Counted from the stretch's first letter, positions 1 through 10,255 are shown. The stretch: 64,000 nt of DNA from an uncultured Verrucomicrobiae bacterium (GCA_963707025.1 CAVPOM010000017.1:128001-192000); one strand, 5' to 3'. Notes: generated by a model not told the origin, from the sequence alone. Numbers and translations are program-made.

Positions 1-570
1 GACGTCGCGCATGAGGGCGGTCTCACCGCTGTTGAACATCCGGACCTTGTTGATCCCCTTGCTTTCGCTGGGGCTTTGGTAGATGCGCAACTCGAAAATC
101 CAGGGCTTCTTGTCCGCCGCCGACGGAGGCGCGGCCAGTTTTTTCATGGTGTCGAAGGCGATATTGAGGGAGCTTTCGATGCGTTCATAAGCGGCGTTGG
201 TTTTCGGCATGGCCATGAATGAGGCGGCGGCGGCCAGGTAGGCGGGGTCGGCGGCGAGCCGGGCCGGGATGGCGGCGAAGACTTCGAGCGAATCGCAGGG
301 GACGAGGACATAAACATGGTTGGTGGGAGAGTCTTGCAGTTCGGTGAAGACGCCGACGGGCCGAATGCCCATGCGGTTGCAGGCGGGGACGGCCGCGTTT
401 TGCCAGTAGTCGCTGACCAGTTTTTGTTGCAGTTCCGACTTGGTGGAGTAAACGCGCAGTTCGTAATACTGCGGCTGGCCGGAGTCGGCGGCGGACGCGG
501 GGGCGGGAATCCAGGAGACGGCGCCGGCGAGCGCGCCCATGATGAGGGGGGTTAAAGTCAGGGAGTTCAT
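1..570 (-). CDS. NIPSNAP family protein with signal peptide (3' end outside window)
   Basis: Manual translation from ATG at 570: MNSLTLTPLIMGALAG...QYYELRVYSTK...WIFELRIYQSPSESKGINKVRMFNSGE; two ELRxY NIPSNAP repeats. Absent from ORF track because it runs off the edge. Confidence 0.85.
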   Translation of the reverse strand, partial: MNSLTLTPLIMGALAGAVSWIPAPASAADSGQPQYYELRVYSTKSELQQKLVSDYWQNAAVPACNRMGIRPVGVFTELQDSPTNHVYVLVPCDSLEVFAAIPARLAADPAYLAAAASFMAMPKTNAAYERIESSLNIAFDTMKKLAAPPSAADKKPWIFELRIYQSPSESKGINKVRMFNSGETALMRDV

Positions 571-724
571 GGTGAGCGGTGGGTGATAGTTCTTATGATC
601 GCTTGAGCGCGGGCGCCATGCGGCGCCACTCTGGTGTCGGGAAAAGCATACCCTGAACCTTCGCGACAGCGCAAGGGAGTGAATTGAGAATTTTTAGCTG
701 ACAAGGAAGGCCGTGTCTGGAACG

Positions 725-1807
725 ATGCCGGAGATGAATATCCAGCAGGCGAGCCGGGAGTATGAGACGTGGCTGGGCGGCCATATCCGGGTGGTGAAGA
801 GCGACCTGGAGGCCAAGCATGCGTTCATGGCGCAGGATGCGTTTTCCTTTCTCCGCGCCACGTTTTATCGCTGGATGCAGCTTTTCCCGGCGCTTTGCCC
901 GAAGTTGGCGGCGGCGCCCAGGACCCTGGCGGTGGGAGATTTGCATGTGGAGAATTTTGGGACCTGGCGCGATGCGGAGGGACGGCTGGTGTGGGGCATC
1001 AATGATTTCGACGAGGCGTTTCCGCTGCCTTACACGGTGGATCTGGTGCGGCTGACCGCCAGCGCGTGGCTGGCCTTTGAGCTGGGTCATTTGTCGCTGG
1101 TGCCGGCCAGCGCTTCGGCGCCAATTCTGGAGGGTTACACCACCGGCTTGGAGAATGGCGGCGAACCCTTTGTGCTGGCGGAGAAGCATCCGTTGCTGCG
1201 CGAGGCCGTGACGAGCCGGGAGCGCGATCCGACCCGCTTCTGGGAAAAATTCGGGGCGCTGCCCACCCTGCGCCAGGTGCCGGCCAAGGTGAGGCGGATG
1301 CTGGCAGAGGCCATGCCGGAACGCGGCCTGGCTTTCCGTGTGGCGCACCGGCAGGCCGGGCTGGGGAGCCTGGGCCGGGAACGATTCACGGGCCTGGCCG
1401 ATTGGTGCGGGGGCAAGATCGCGCGGGAGACCAAGCCGTTGCTGCCGTCGGCTTGCGCCTGGGCGGGTGGATTGTCAAACAAGGAGATTTACTATGGGCG
1501 CATCGTGGCCCAGGCCGTGCGGGCGCCGGATCCGTTCCTGGCGATGAAAAATGGATGGGTGTTGCGGCGGTTGTCGCCTTATTGCTGCCGGATTGAGTTG
1601 TCGGACCTGCCGCGGGGCCATGATGAAGAGAAGTTGTTGCGGGCCATGGGGCGGGAGCTGGCCAATGTCCATCTGGGCGGCCGCCGGGGGATGGCGGCGG
1701 TGCGACGGGATTTGCGGCAGCGTAAAGAGAAATGGCTGCACCAAGCCACCGAGGTCATGGCCGAGGCCACGCTGAAAGATTGGAAGGAATGGCGGAAAGG
1801 TGAATAG
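725..1807 (+). CDS. DUF2252 family (kinase-like fold) protein
   Basis: FSFLRATFYRW, GDLHVENFG, INDFDEA and AGLGSLGRER motifs. Confidence 0.85.
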   Translation: MPEMNIQQASREYETWLGGHIRVVKSDLEAKHAFMAQDAFSFLRATFYRWMQLFPALCPKLAAAPRTLAVGDLHVENFGTWRDAEGRLVWGINDFDEAFPLPYTVDLVRLTASAWLAFELGHLSLVPASASAPILEGYTTGLENGGEPFVLAEKHPLLREAVTSRERDPTRFWEKFGALPTLRQVPAKVRRMLAEAMPERGLAFRVAHRQAGLGSLGRERFTGLADWCGGKIARETKPLLPSACAWAGGLSNKEIYYGRIVAQAVRAPDPFLAMKNGWVLRRLSPYCCRIELSDLPRGHDEEKLLRAMGRELANVHLGGRRGMAAVRRDLRQRKEKWLHQATEVMAEATLKDWKEWRKGE

Positions 1808-1833
1808 TGAAGAGTGAAGAGTGAAGAGTGAAT
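1799..1833. repeat. 7-bp tandem array (AGTGAAG) x5
   Basis: ggtgaat agtgaag agtgaag agtgaag agtgaat, overlapping the DUF2252 stop. Confidence 0.9.
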
Positions 1834-1847
1834 TGAGGCCGGGCTAA

Positions 1848-2084
1848 GGCTCCGTGCAAAAACAACTCCGGATATTGAGGCGCAATTGGAACAGGATCGA
1901 AGTGGCGCCCGGGAGCGCGCCCTTGAAAGCAATTGAGAATTGAAAATTGACAATTTGTCATCGGTCATTAGGCGGGCGGGGAGGTGGTTTTCAATTGCCA
2001 ATGACCAATTTTCAATGACCAATTCTCAATCCCGAATCGGCCTTGCTCCAAACGCAAAATCGGAGGTTGTTCTTGCACGCCTCC
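1848..2084. mobile_element. MITE-like element with a nested heptamer-period inverted repeat
   Basis: Imperfect TIRs CGTGCAAAAACAACTCCG (1853-1870) / CGGAGGTTGTTCTTGCACG (2061-2079), TAA on both flanks; internal IR 1932-2030. Confidence 0.55.
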
Positions 2085-2956
2085 TAAGCGGTGCCGTAGT
2101 TGGGGGCGGGGGCGTTGGAGAAGAGGCGGTACCAGGTGCGGAGGACGAGCAGGATTTTTTGGGGTTTGTTCAGACGGGTGGGAACGGGGCCGAAGACTTG
2201 GAAGCGGCGGTTTTCGAGTTTTTTCAGGAGGCGCCAATAGACCGACCCCATGAGTTCGGCGGCGATCATGGAGCGGCGGTCGGCGGCGGGCAGGGTTTGG
2301 CGGGCGAGGGCGTAGTATTTTTTGGCTTCGCCGGCCACGGCGGAGGCCAGGCGCTGGAAGCGGTCGGAGTATTGCAAGCGCAGGATTTCTTCGGGCGGAA
2401 CGCGGTGGCGCTGGAGTTCGGATTGGGGAAGGTAGATGCGGCCGCGTTCGGCGTCGGTGCGGACGTCGCGGAGAATGTTGGTCAACTGCAAGGCTTTGCC
2501 GAGGTGGACGGCGTAGTCGCGGCAGGCGGGGTCCTGGTAGCCGAAGATTTCCACGCTGAGCAGGCCGACGACAGAGGCGACGCGGTAGCAGTATTGATCG
2601 AGGTCCTGATAGGTTTGGTAACGGTTGATGTCGAGGTCCATTTCGACGCCGCGGATGAGTTGGTCGAAGCAGGTGAAGGGGAGGCGGTAGCGGGCGATGA
2701 CGGGCTGGAGTTCGCGGGCGACGGGGAAGGAGGGAAGGGCGCCGTCGCAGGCGCGGCGGATTTCCTGGCGCCAGGAGGCGAGGCGGGCGCGGCGGGCGGG
2801 AAGGGGTTCGGATGGGTGGTCGGCCACGTCGTCCACTTCGCGGCAGAAGGCGTAGAGGACGGACATGGCGTCGCGCTTGGGCTTGGGCAGGAGGACAAAG
2901 GCGAGGGCGAGGTTGGAGGCGCTTTTGCGGGTAATGGCTGTGCTGTGAGTGGTCAT
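2084..2956 (-). CDS. hpnD: Presqualene diphosphate synthase HpnD (squalene/phytoene synthase family)
   Basis: LYAFCREVDDVAD, YCYRVASVVG, LGKALQLTNILRDV, GRIYLP motifs. Confidence 0.85.
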   Translation of the reverse strand: MTTHSTAITRKSASNLALAFVLLPKPKRDAMSVLYAFCREVDDVADHPSEPLPARRARLASWRQEIRRACDGALPSFPVARELQPVIARYRLPFTCFDQLIRGVEMDLDINRYQTYQDLDQYCYRVASVVGLLSVEIFGYQDPACRDYAVHLGKALQLTNILRDVRTDAERGRIYLPQSELQRHRVPPEEILRLQYSDRFQRLASAVAGEAKKYYALARQTLPAADRRSMIAAELMGSVYWRLLKKLENRRFQVFGPVPTRLNKPQKILLVLRTWYRLFSNAPAPNYGTA

Positions 2957-4380
2957 CAGGCCGCGGCGTCGTTGCCGGCGGGCGGGGGATTTTCATCCGC
3001 GGCGTCGAGGTTAATGTTGAGCCGCTGCATGCGGTAGCGGAGGGCGTGGCGGCTGATTTTTAATTGTTCGCTGGTTTTGGAGATGTTGTAGCGGTTTTGT
3101 TCCAGGGTGCCGTTGATCAATTGGCGTTCGAAGTCGGCCATCAGTTCGTCGAGGGAATGGGCGCCGGTGACGGGGCTGACTTCGGTTTTGCGCAGGCGGC
3201 CTTCGAGGTGGAAATCGGGGAGGGAGGAGGGCAGGATTTCCTGGGAGGATTCGAGGATGACGGCGCGTTCGATGACGTTGCGCAGTTCGCGGACATTGCC
3301 GGGCCAGTGGTGGCCGAGGAGTTTTTGGCGGGAGGCGGGGGTGATGGAGTGGATGTGCTTGTTCATGAAACCGTTGTAGTGGCGCAAAAAGTTCTCGGCC
3401 AGAAGAACGATGTCGCTGCCGCGTTCGCGCAAGGGGGGCGGGCGGAGTTGGACGACGTTGAGGCGGTGGAAGAGGTCTTCGCGGAAATTGTTCTGGCGGA
3501 TGGCTTCGTAGATGTCGCGGTTGGTGGCGGCGATGAGGCGGACGTCCACCTTGAGTTCGTCGTTGCCACCGACGCGGGTGAAGGAGCCGTCTTCGAGGAA
3601 GCGGAGGAGCTTGGCCTGAAGGGAGCGGCTCATGTCGCCGATTTCATCGAGGAAGATGGTGCCGCCGTCGGCTTCCTCGACGCGGCCGAGTTTTTGGCGG
3701 ATGGCGCCGGTGAAGGCGCCTTTTTCATGGCCGAAGAGTTCGCTTTCGAGGAGGTTTTCGGGGATGGCGGCGCAGTTGATGCGGATGTAATTTTTGTGGG
3801 AGCGGCGGCTGAGGCTGTGCAGGGCGCCGGCGACGAGTTCCTTGCCGGTGCCGCTTTCGCCGAGGATGAGGACGGTGGTGCTGGCGGGGGCGACGCTTTG
3901 GATGAGTTTGCGCAGTTCGACCATGTTGGGCGATTCGCCAATGATCTGTTCGAGCTGGTAGGCTTCGGTGGCGTGGGCGCGCAAGGCGGCATTTTCGCGG
4001 AGCAAACGGTGGCGTTCGGCGCAGCGGGAGACGGCGTGGAGGAGTTCTTCGGGGGCGAAAGGTTTGGCCAGGTAGTCAATGGCGCCGGCTTTGATGGCCT
4101 CGACCGCCAGCTTGGGTGTGGCGTAGGCGGTGATCATGAGGAAGGGGACGGCGGGCCAGCGTTTGCAGGCCTGGGCCAGGAACTCGTAGCCACTCATCTT
4201 GCCCAGGCGGGCGTCGGTGATGACCATGAGGAATTCCAGTTTTTCCAGGGCGGCGAGGGCCTCCTCGGCCGATTCGGCCATCTGCACGTCATAGCCCTCG
4301 CCGTGCAGGATGGACTTCAAGGAAAGGCGCATGTTCCTTTCGTCGTCAATGACCAGGACCGGGGGAAGGGGCAGGCTCAT
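2956..4380 (-). CDS. Sigma-54-dependent response regulator (NtrC/AtoC family)
   Basis: Receiver domain, GESGTGKE Walker [16 protein letters not shown]-terminal Fis HTH. Confidence 0.95.
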   Translation of the reverse strand: MSLPLPPVLVIDDERNMRLSLKSILHGEGYDVQMAESAEEALAALEKLEFLMVITDARLGKMSGYEFLAQACKRWPAVPFLMITAYATPKLAVEAIKAGAIDYLAKPFAPEELLHAVSRCAERHRLLRENAALRAHATEAYQLEQIIGESPNMVELRKLIQSVAPASTTVLILGESGTGKELVAGALHSLSRRSHKNYIRINCAAIPENLLESELFGHEKGAFTGAIRQKLGRVEEADGGTIFLDEIGDMSRSLQAKLLRFLEDGSFTRVGGNDELKVDVRLIAATNRDIYEAIRQNNFREDLFHRLNVVQLRPPPLRERGSDIVLLAENFLRHYNGFMNKHIHSITPASRQKLLGHHWPGNVRELRNVIERAVILESSQEILPSSLPDFHLEGRLRKTEVSPVTGAHSLDELMADFERQLINGTLEQNRYNISKTSEQLKISRHALRYRMQRLNINLDAADENPPPAGNDAAA

Positions 4381-5780
4381 GAATTTATCCTCATCAAAAT
4401 ACGCGGCGGGAATTCCAGGGTGAAGCGGGTGCCTTTGCCCGGCTCGGATTGCACCCGGACGGCGCCGCCGTACATTTCGGCGTTATGTTTGACAATGGCG
4501 AGGCCCAGGCCGGTGCCTTTGGCGCGAGTGGTGAAATAGGCCTCGAAGATCTTGTCCATCTTGTCGGGGGCGATGCCGGGGCCATTGTCGGCGATGGTGA
4601 TGATGATGGAATCCTGCGCGCCGTAGCGGGTGGCGACCTCAATTTCACCATGGCCGTCGAGGGCCTCGCGGGCGTTTTGCAGCAAATTGACCAGGACGCT
4701 GGAGAGGTGCTGTCTTTGCATGAGGATGGCGGGCAGCTCGGAGGAGTAGAAGCGCTTGATGCGGACTTCGTATTTGGCGGCGGGGGGGAAGACTTGCAGG
4801 AGGGCGTCGTCAATTTCGGCGGCGACCTCCAGGCGCTCGACGCGGCCTTCGGCCAGTTGGGCGTAGCCCATCAGGACGGTGAGGATCTGGTCGGCGCGGC
4901 CGACTTCCTCGCGGATGATTTTGATTTGTTCCTCGACGGCGAATTCGCCGTCGTTGACGGCGCGCTGCAGGCAGAAGGCGGCGTTGGTGATGATGCCGAG
5001 GGGGTTTTTGATTTTATGCGCGATTTCGGCGGCGAGGCGGCCGGCGGTGCGGAGACGTTCCTGGCGGACGGCGAATTCGGTGGCTTCGGCCTCGGCGCGC
5101 TTTTGTTTTTCGAAGAGGACCTGGATGCCGTAGCAACAGGCGGCCCAAATGACCAAAACGAGGATGCGCTCGAGGGGTTTTTCGGTGCGCGGCTCATCGC
5201 GGACGGCCACGGCGGCGTATTGCAGATCGTAAAGCGCCCGATGCGCGTCCGGCAGATAAATGAGCATTCGATCCAGCATCCCGCCGACGACGAAGCCGAG
5301 GGTGACCAGAAAGTTGAGCAACAATTGAGGGAGGGCGACCGGGATGGCGACGGCGTTGTGAAGAATGAGCACGAGGAACACCCAGTAAAAAGGGCTGTCG
5401 AAGCCATCCACCATGAAGACCATCCCCGCCATCAAATTGACATCGAGGAGGCCGACGATGAAAATGATGAACTGGGTGGTGTGCAACGACATTTGGCGCA
5501 CCCAGATAAAAGCGGCGCCGGCCGCGACGTTGACCGCCAGATAAAGCCAAAAGTATTGGGCAAACCAGCGATGGCCAACCTCGCGCACGCTGCCAATGAC
5601 GTCGCTCCAATGGCTGAGGAAGAAAAAGTAGCCCAGGACGGCGATGAGCAGCACCCGCAGCGGCAGAATCACATCCCTCTCCACGGCCTGAATGCGGACC
5701 GCCCGCTGGCTCGGCTCCAAGGTGGGAGCGACCAGGAGGCGCGCCAGCTTTTGATAAGTTTGTTCGCCGGGGAAGGCCAT
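4377..5780 (-). CDS. Membrane sensor histidine kinase
   Basis: Several TM helices, H-box AEIAHKIKNPL, NLLQNA, DNGPGI, GTGLGL; likely start MAFPGEQ at 5780. Confidence 0.92.
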   Translation of the reverse strand: MAFPGEQTYQKLARLLVAPTLEPSQRAVRIQAVERDVILPLRVLLIAVLGYFFFLSHWSDVIGSVREVGHRWFAQYFWLYLAVNVAAGAAFIWVRQMSLHTTQFIIFIVGLLDVNLMAGMVFMVDGFDSPFYWVFLVLILHNAVAIPVALPQLLLNFLVTLGFVVGGMLDRMLIYLPDAHRALYDLQYAAVAVRDEPRTEKPLERILVLVIWAACCYGIQVLFEKQKRAEAEATEFAVRQERLRTAGRLAAEIAHKIKNPLGIITNAAFCLQRAVNDGEFAVEEQIKIIREEVGRADQILTVLMGYAQLAEGRVERLEVAAEIDDALLQVFPPAAKYEVRIKRFYSSELPAILMQRQHLSSVLVNLLQNAREALDGHGEIEVATRYGAQDSIIITIADNGPGIAPDKMDKIFEAYFTTRAKGTGLGLAIVKHNAEMYGGAVRVQSEPGKGTRFTLEFPPRILMRINS

Positions 5781-5793
5781 ACCGGTGCCGGGT

Positions 5794-6333
5794 TTAGCAC
5801 AGCAGGCGGGCGGCCCGGCGGGCAATTTGGGCGCAAGGCCACAAGCGGCCCAGGCCCTCATAGCCGCAGGAAAGCAGCCCTTTTTCCGGGCCGATGAATT
5901 GGGCGCCGCGCTTTTTGAGGGTGGCGACGTTTTGTTGGGTGGCGGGATGGAGCCACATTTTGCCGTTCATGGCCGGGGCGATGAGCACTTGGGCGCGGGG
6001 GTTGAGGGCCAGGGCGATGCAGGTCAGGGCGTCGTCGGCCAGACCGAGGGCCAGTTTGGCGATGGTCTGGGCGGTGGCCGGGGCGACGAGGAGCAGATCG
6101 GCCTGGTCGGCCAGTTGGATGTGGGAAGGCTTCCATTCCTCCGCCTCGCCGTAAAGATCGGTCACCACCGGATGGCGGGAAAGGGTCTTGAAGGGAAGGG
6201 CCGTGATGAAGCGCAGGGCGTCGGCGGTCATGACGACCGAAACGTCGCAGCCGTCTTTGACCAGCAAACTGGTCAACTCGGCGGCCTTGTAGGCGGCGAT
6301 GGAACCGGTGACGCCGTGGATGATGTGCTTCAT
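5794..6333 (-). CDS. coaC: Phosphopantothenoylcysteine decarboxylase-like flavoprotein (stand-alone CoaC)
   Basis: GVTGSIAAYKA, HIQLA, APATA, PAMN, GLLSCGYEGLGRL. Confidence 0.85.
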   Translation of the reverse strand: MKHIIHGVTGSIAAYKAAELTSLLVKDGCDVSVVMTADALRFITALPFKTLSRHPVVTDLYGEAEEWKPSHIQLADQADLLLVAPATAQTIAKLALGLADDALTCIALALNPRAQVLIAPAMNGKMWLHPATQQNVATLKKRGAQFIGPEKGLLSCGYEGLGRLWPCAQIARRAARLLC

Positions 6334-6351
6334 AGGGATGGGCGGTTTTTG

Positions 6352-8814
6352 TTACGGCACGGCGGGGCGCGGGGGGGAGGGCTGGGCGGAAATTTCCAGG
6401 GTGGCCGGGGCCAGGCCGTCGGAAAGGGCGGTGAGCTGGATTTTGCCGGGGTTTTTGGCGGATTGGACGATGACCTGGGCCAGGCCGTTGAAAACATGGC
6501 GCTGCCAGCCGGGCGCGTTGGTCGTGTCCGGCGCGGCCAGATAAACATCGGGTTCGTGGGAAACGGGATCGCCGTTGCCGACGCCGATGATGGCGCCGGG
6601 GCCGGAGAGTTCAAAATGAACGAGGCTGTCGGCCGCCGGCACGGGGCGCCCCTGACTATCAATTATAATTACTGCGACCATGGCCAGGTCCTCGCCGTCG
6701 GCCCGCAGGGCGGCGCGGGCGGTGGAAAGTTTGACGGCGGCGGGCGCGCCGGCGGTTTCAACCTGGTCGTGGGCGATCTGCCGGCCGGCCTTGTAGCCGC
6801 GGGCCAGGAGGGTTCCGGGCGCGTATTTAACCGTCCATTGCAGGTGGGAGTTTTTGGGCATGGGCTTGCGGCCGAGGCTTTGTCCGTTGAGGAGGAGTTC
6901 GACTTCTTCGCAATTGCTGAAGCAGCGCACGTCCAGGTCCTGGCCTTCCCTGCCGGGCCAGGTCCAATGGGGCATGAGATGGAGGACGACCTTGTCGGTC
7001 CACCAGGATTGGTAGTAGTAAAAGACATCCTTGGGGAAGCCGCAGGTGTCGAGGATGCCAAATTCGGAGTTGATGTTGGGCCAGCGGAAGGGGGAGGGTT
7101 CGCCGCGATAATCAAAGCCGGTCCAGACGAAGGCGCCGCTGGCCCAGGGACGGGCGCTGTAGTATTGCCACCATTCCTCGGCGGTCGCGCCGTAGCGGGG
7201 CTTGTTGGTGTCGTAGGCTGTGCGGTAATGGTCCATTATTTCGTAAATGCCGCGGGTGTAGTAGGCGCTGGCCTCTTCGGTGCCGATGGCGGGCATGGCT
7301 GGATTGTTGGAGTGGAAGCGGTCCATGTTGCCATTGAGGAGATAATTGAAGCCTTGCACATCAATGCCCAGGGAGATGCCGTCGGGTGCGCCGGAGGACC
7401 AGGAGTTCATGGCGGCGGTGCAGAGCCGCGTCGGGTCCAACTGGTGGACCAGGCGATTCATGGTGGCGGCGATGCGCCCGGCCGTGGCGGTGCGCTGCAC
7501 GTTTTCTTCGTTGGCCAGGGACCAGATGAAGACGCTGGGATGATTGCGGTCGCGGCGGACCAGGCGTTCCAAACGGCCCAGGTTGCGGGAGTCGCTGCCC
7601 AGGAGGCGGTTTTCATCCATGACCAGCATGCCCAGGCGGTCGCAGGCCTCGAGCAATTCGGGGGTGGGCGGGTTGTGCGAGGTGCGGATGGCGTTGCCGC
7701 CCATCTCCTTCAAGCGGGCGATGCGGAAATCCTGGAGGGCGTCGGGCAGGGCGGCGCCGACGCCGGCGTGGTCCTGGTGGTTGCAGGTGCCTTTGATGAC
7801 GCAAGGGGCGCCGTTGAGGAGGAACCCTTTTTCAGGGTCAAAAGCGATGGTGCGGATGCCGAATTCGGTTTCGGTGCGGTCCACGACGGCGCCGCCCATA
7901 GTAACCGTGGTCACCAGTTTGCACAGGCGCGGCTTTTCCGGGGACCAGAGGACGGGGGCCGCGACCTGGGTGGTTTGCAAAACGGTTTTGAGGGACAAGG
8001 GGTCGAAAGTGGCGGTTTGGTCGGACTTGGCGACCTCCCTGCCGTCGGGGTCGAGGATGCGGCACTGCAAGGTGGCGTCGGCGGCATTGGTTTGGGTATT
8101 GCGAATCTGGGTTTCGATCTGGATGGTGGCGGGCCCGTGAGGAACGTTGTTGGAGAATTGGGAGTAAATGAACGTTCCATCCGGGGCGATGGCCAAAGGA
8201 CTGGTTTCAATGAGCCAGACATGGCGGTAAAGGCCGGCGCCTTCATAGAACCAGCCTTCGAATTCGGAAGCATCCACGCGGACGGCCAGGAGGTTGCTGC
8301 CGCCGCAGTTGGCCACGTCGGTGATGTCATACCGGTAAGTGTCATAGCCGTTTTCATGATGGCCGATGAGGTAGCCGTTGAGGAAAACTCGTGTATCGCG
8401 GAAAGCGCCGTCCAATTCCAGCCAGAGGCGCTTGTCGCGGTCTTCGGCCGGCAGGGGGAAGGAGCGGCGATACCAGCCGACGCTGTTGTTGGTGTAGCCG
8501 GGGCCGACGGGCTTGAAACCGTGGTTGAGACTGGCCTGCTGATCGAAGGGCAACTCGACGGCCCAATCGTGAGGAAGGTTCAGAGAGCGCCAGGCGCTGT
8601 CGTTGAACCTGGGGGCGGCCGGGCCGGCGCTCTGGCCGGCTTTGGCGAGGCGTTCGGCCGTGCCCCAGTCGTCGCCGAGGTGGAACTTCCAGCCGAAGTC
8701 CATGAGGAGCCGCCGGCGCGGGGAGCCGTTGCTGGATTGGGCGGGAGCGGCAAATGCAAAATGCAAAATGCAGAATGCAAAGAATGAAGTGATGATGGCC
8801 GAACTTCGTTTCAT
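6352..8814 (-). CDS. Glycoside hydrolase family 2 (beta-galactosidase-like), secreted
   Basis: LPHDW, WFYEGAGLYR, NAIRTSHNPP, RDRNHPSVFIWSLANE, WTGFDYRGEP; signal peptide. Confidence 0.93.
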   Translation of the reverse strand: MKRSSAIITSFFAFCILHFAFAAPAQSSNGSPRRRLLMDFGWKFHLGDDWGTAERLAKAGQSAGPAAPRFNDSAWRSLNLPHDWAVELPFDQQASLNHGFKPVGPGYTNNSVGWYRRSFPLPAEDRDKRLWLELDGAFRDTRVFLNGYLIGHHENGYDTYRYDITDVANCGGSNLLAVRVDASEFEGWFYEGAGLYRHVWLIETSPLAIAPDGTFIYSQFSNNVPHGPATIQIETQIRNTQTNAADATLQCRILDPDGREVAKSDQTATFDPLSLKTVLQTTQVAAPVLWSPEKPRLCKLVTTVTMGGAVVDRTETEFGIRTIAFDPEKGFLLNGAPCVIKGTCNHQDHAGVGAALPDALQDFRIARLKEMGGNAIRTSHNPPTPELLEACDRLGMLVMDENRLLGSDSRNLGRLERLVRRDRNHPSVFIWSLANEENVQRTATAGRIAATMNRLVHQLDPTRLCTAAMNSWSSGAPDGISLGIDVQGFNYLLNGNMDRFHSNNPAMPAIGTEEASAYYTRGIYEIMDHYRTAYDTNKPRYGATAEEWWQYYSARPWASGAFVWTGFDYRGEPSPFRWPNINSEFGILDTCGFPKDVFYYYQSWWTDKVVLHLMPHWTWPGREGQDLDVRCFSNCEEVELLLNGQSLGRKPMPKNSHLQWTVKYAPGTLLARGYKAGRQIAHDQVETAGAPAAVKLSTARAALRADGEDLAMVAVIIIDSQGRPVPAADSLVHFELSGPGAIIGVGNGDPVSHEPDVYLAAPDTTNAPGWQRHVFNGLAQVIVQSAKNPGKIQLTALSDGLAPATLEISAQPSPPRPAVP
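8752..8779. repeat. 7-bp tandem array (AAATGCA) x4 inside the GH2 signal peptide
   Basis: aaatgca aaatgca aaatgca gaatgca; encodes AFCILHFAF on the minus strand. Confidence 0.85.
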
Positions 8815-9959
8815 AGCGGTGCCACTTCGTGGGTGCAGGCCAGGTCCTGGTCGGGACGGATGTGCCAGCGGCGGGCCACGGCTTCCAGATCAGCCGTCAA
8901 ACCCCAGCGATCCGGTTCGGGGGAGCCGGTGTGACTGGGGTTGGCGCCTTTCAAAGTCATGCAACCTTGGTTGTCGCCCACACGGGCGATCAGGTCAAGG
9001 TCTTCTTCCGAAAACTCCGGGTTGGGAAGGGCCGCCAATTCATCGGCCTTGCTTTCGATGGGCCGGCTTTCCGGGCCGGCTTCCTGGATCAAGGTGGGCA
9101 CGACAGTTTTGACGCCGGGTTGGGCGAGGTTCCAAAGGCAGGCCAGTTGCAGCATGGTGAGATGGTGTTTTTCGGCGATGGGGCGCATTTGCTCCATCTT
9201 GGCGCGGCCCGCCTCCACCCAGCCGGCGGGGCGAAAGGAGCGGTGGTCCTGGGGCAGGAATTTGTGGCCGGCCCGAACGTCCTCATGGAACAAGCCGCCG
9301 TAATCCACCACGCGGGTCAGCAGATGGACCTCCTGCTGGACGGCCGCCGGCAACACCAGCCGCCCCGGCCACGGTTCCAGAGGATTGAGAATAATCATGG
9401 CCCAATCGAGCAGCGGCCCAAACCGCTCCAGGCAGAGAATCAGGTCCAGAGTGAAGCCGTTGGCCGGGCCGGGGGCCAGGCCGATGCGGCCGGCCAGTTT
9501 TTCGGCCTTGATTTTGTCCATGGCCGACCAGACGCGGTCGCTGCCGTAGCCGGTGGAGTCGGGGTTATGCAGCAGGAGCAGATCGAAGTTCCGGGCGCGG
9601 CAGCGTTCGAGGGATTTTTCCACGGCCATGCGCAAATAGCTGTGGTACTCGGCCGGTGGACGCAAGGCGGGGTCGGTAAAGCGGGGCCAGCCCCTGGCGC
9701 CCTGGCGCCGGCCCTTGTAGAAGTCGTGCCCCACCGCGCCGACCAGGCAATAACTTTCGCGGGGCAGGCCGGCCAGGGCGCGGCCCAGGAGGTCATCGGC
9801 CGCGCCGGCGCCATAGACATCGGCGGTCATGAACGTGCGGATGCCGCGCTCGTAGGCGTGGCGGACGAGCGTGATCCAGCGTTCCTCGGGGAGCGCCTCG
9901 CCAAAATTCATGAAGCGTCCGCCGTTCCAGGTTCCAAAAGCGGTTCGTCCAACATCCAT
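8811..9959 (-). CDS. Aldo/keto reductase
   Basis: FGTW, FMTADVYG, SLERC..DLLLLHNPD AKR-like motifs. Confidence 0.85.
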   Translation of the reverse strand: MDVGRTAFGTWNGGRFMNFGEALPEERWITLVRHAYERGIRTFMTADVYGAGAADDLLGRALAGLPRESYCLVGAVGHDFYKGRRQGARGWPRFTDPALRPPAEYHSYLRMAVEKSLERCRARNFDLLLLHNPDSTGYGSDRVWSAMDKIKAEKLAGRIGLAPGPANGFTLDLILCLERFGPLLDWAMIILNPLEPWPGRLVLPAAVQQEVHLLTRVVDYGGLFHEDVRAGHKFLPQDHRSFRPAGWVEAGRAKMEQMRPIAEKHHLTMLQLACLWNLAQPGVKTVVPTLIQEAGPESRPIESKADELAALPNPEFSEEDLDLIARVGDNQGCMTLKGANPSHTGSPEPDRWGLTADLEAVARRWHIRPDQDLACTHEVAPL

Positions 9960-10030
9960 AACAGTACTGCAACAAATTTGAGCAAGGGGTGGCGGCTTGC
10001 AAACATTTTCAGGAGCGCCCCCCCTGGGGT

Positions 10031-10090
10031 CGAAGTGAAATCAAGTGAAATTAGGTGAAACCAGGTGAAATTAGGTGAAATTATCTGAAA
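10031..10090. repeat. 10-bp tandem array (NNAGGTGAAA) x6
   Basis: cgaagtgaaa tcaagtgaaa ttaggtgaaa ccaggtgaaa ttaggtgaaa ttatctgaaa. Confidence 0.9.
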
Positions 10091-10226
10091 ATGCGGGCCG
10101 TTCCCGGCGGCCGGTTTTCGCGGCGAATGCGGCCAAAACGGGGCACGCCGCCCGCGAAGGCATCCGCCGGATTGGCCGGATTGGACCGGGCTGACGTTTC
10201 TCCTGAGGAGCGTCTGTCATGGAGGA

Positions 10227-10255
10227 AGAATATGACTTAACAACGAAGGTGTCAA
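10227..10255 (-). promoter_or_regulatory. Sigma-70-like promoter facing the akr-GH2-coaC-HK-RR-hpnD run
   Basis: Minus strand TTGACA-N17-TATTCT. Confidence 0.6.

Noticed and set aside
5785..8787. 1000-aa plus-strand ORF and other long antisense ORFs (3064-4539, 26845-28434, 56038-58089)
   Set aside because: Shadow frames of real GC-rich genes on the opposite strand; no recognisable motifs
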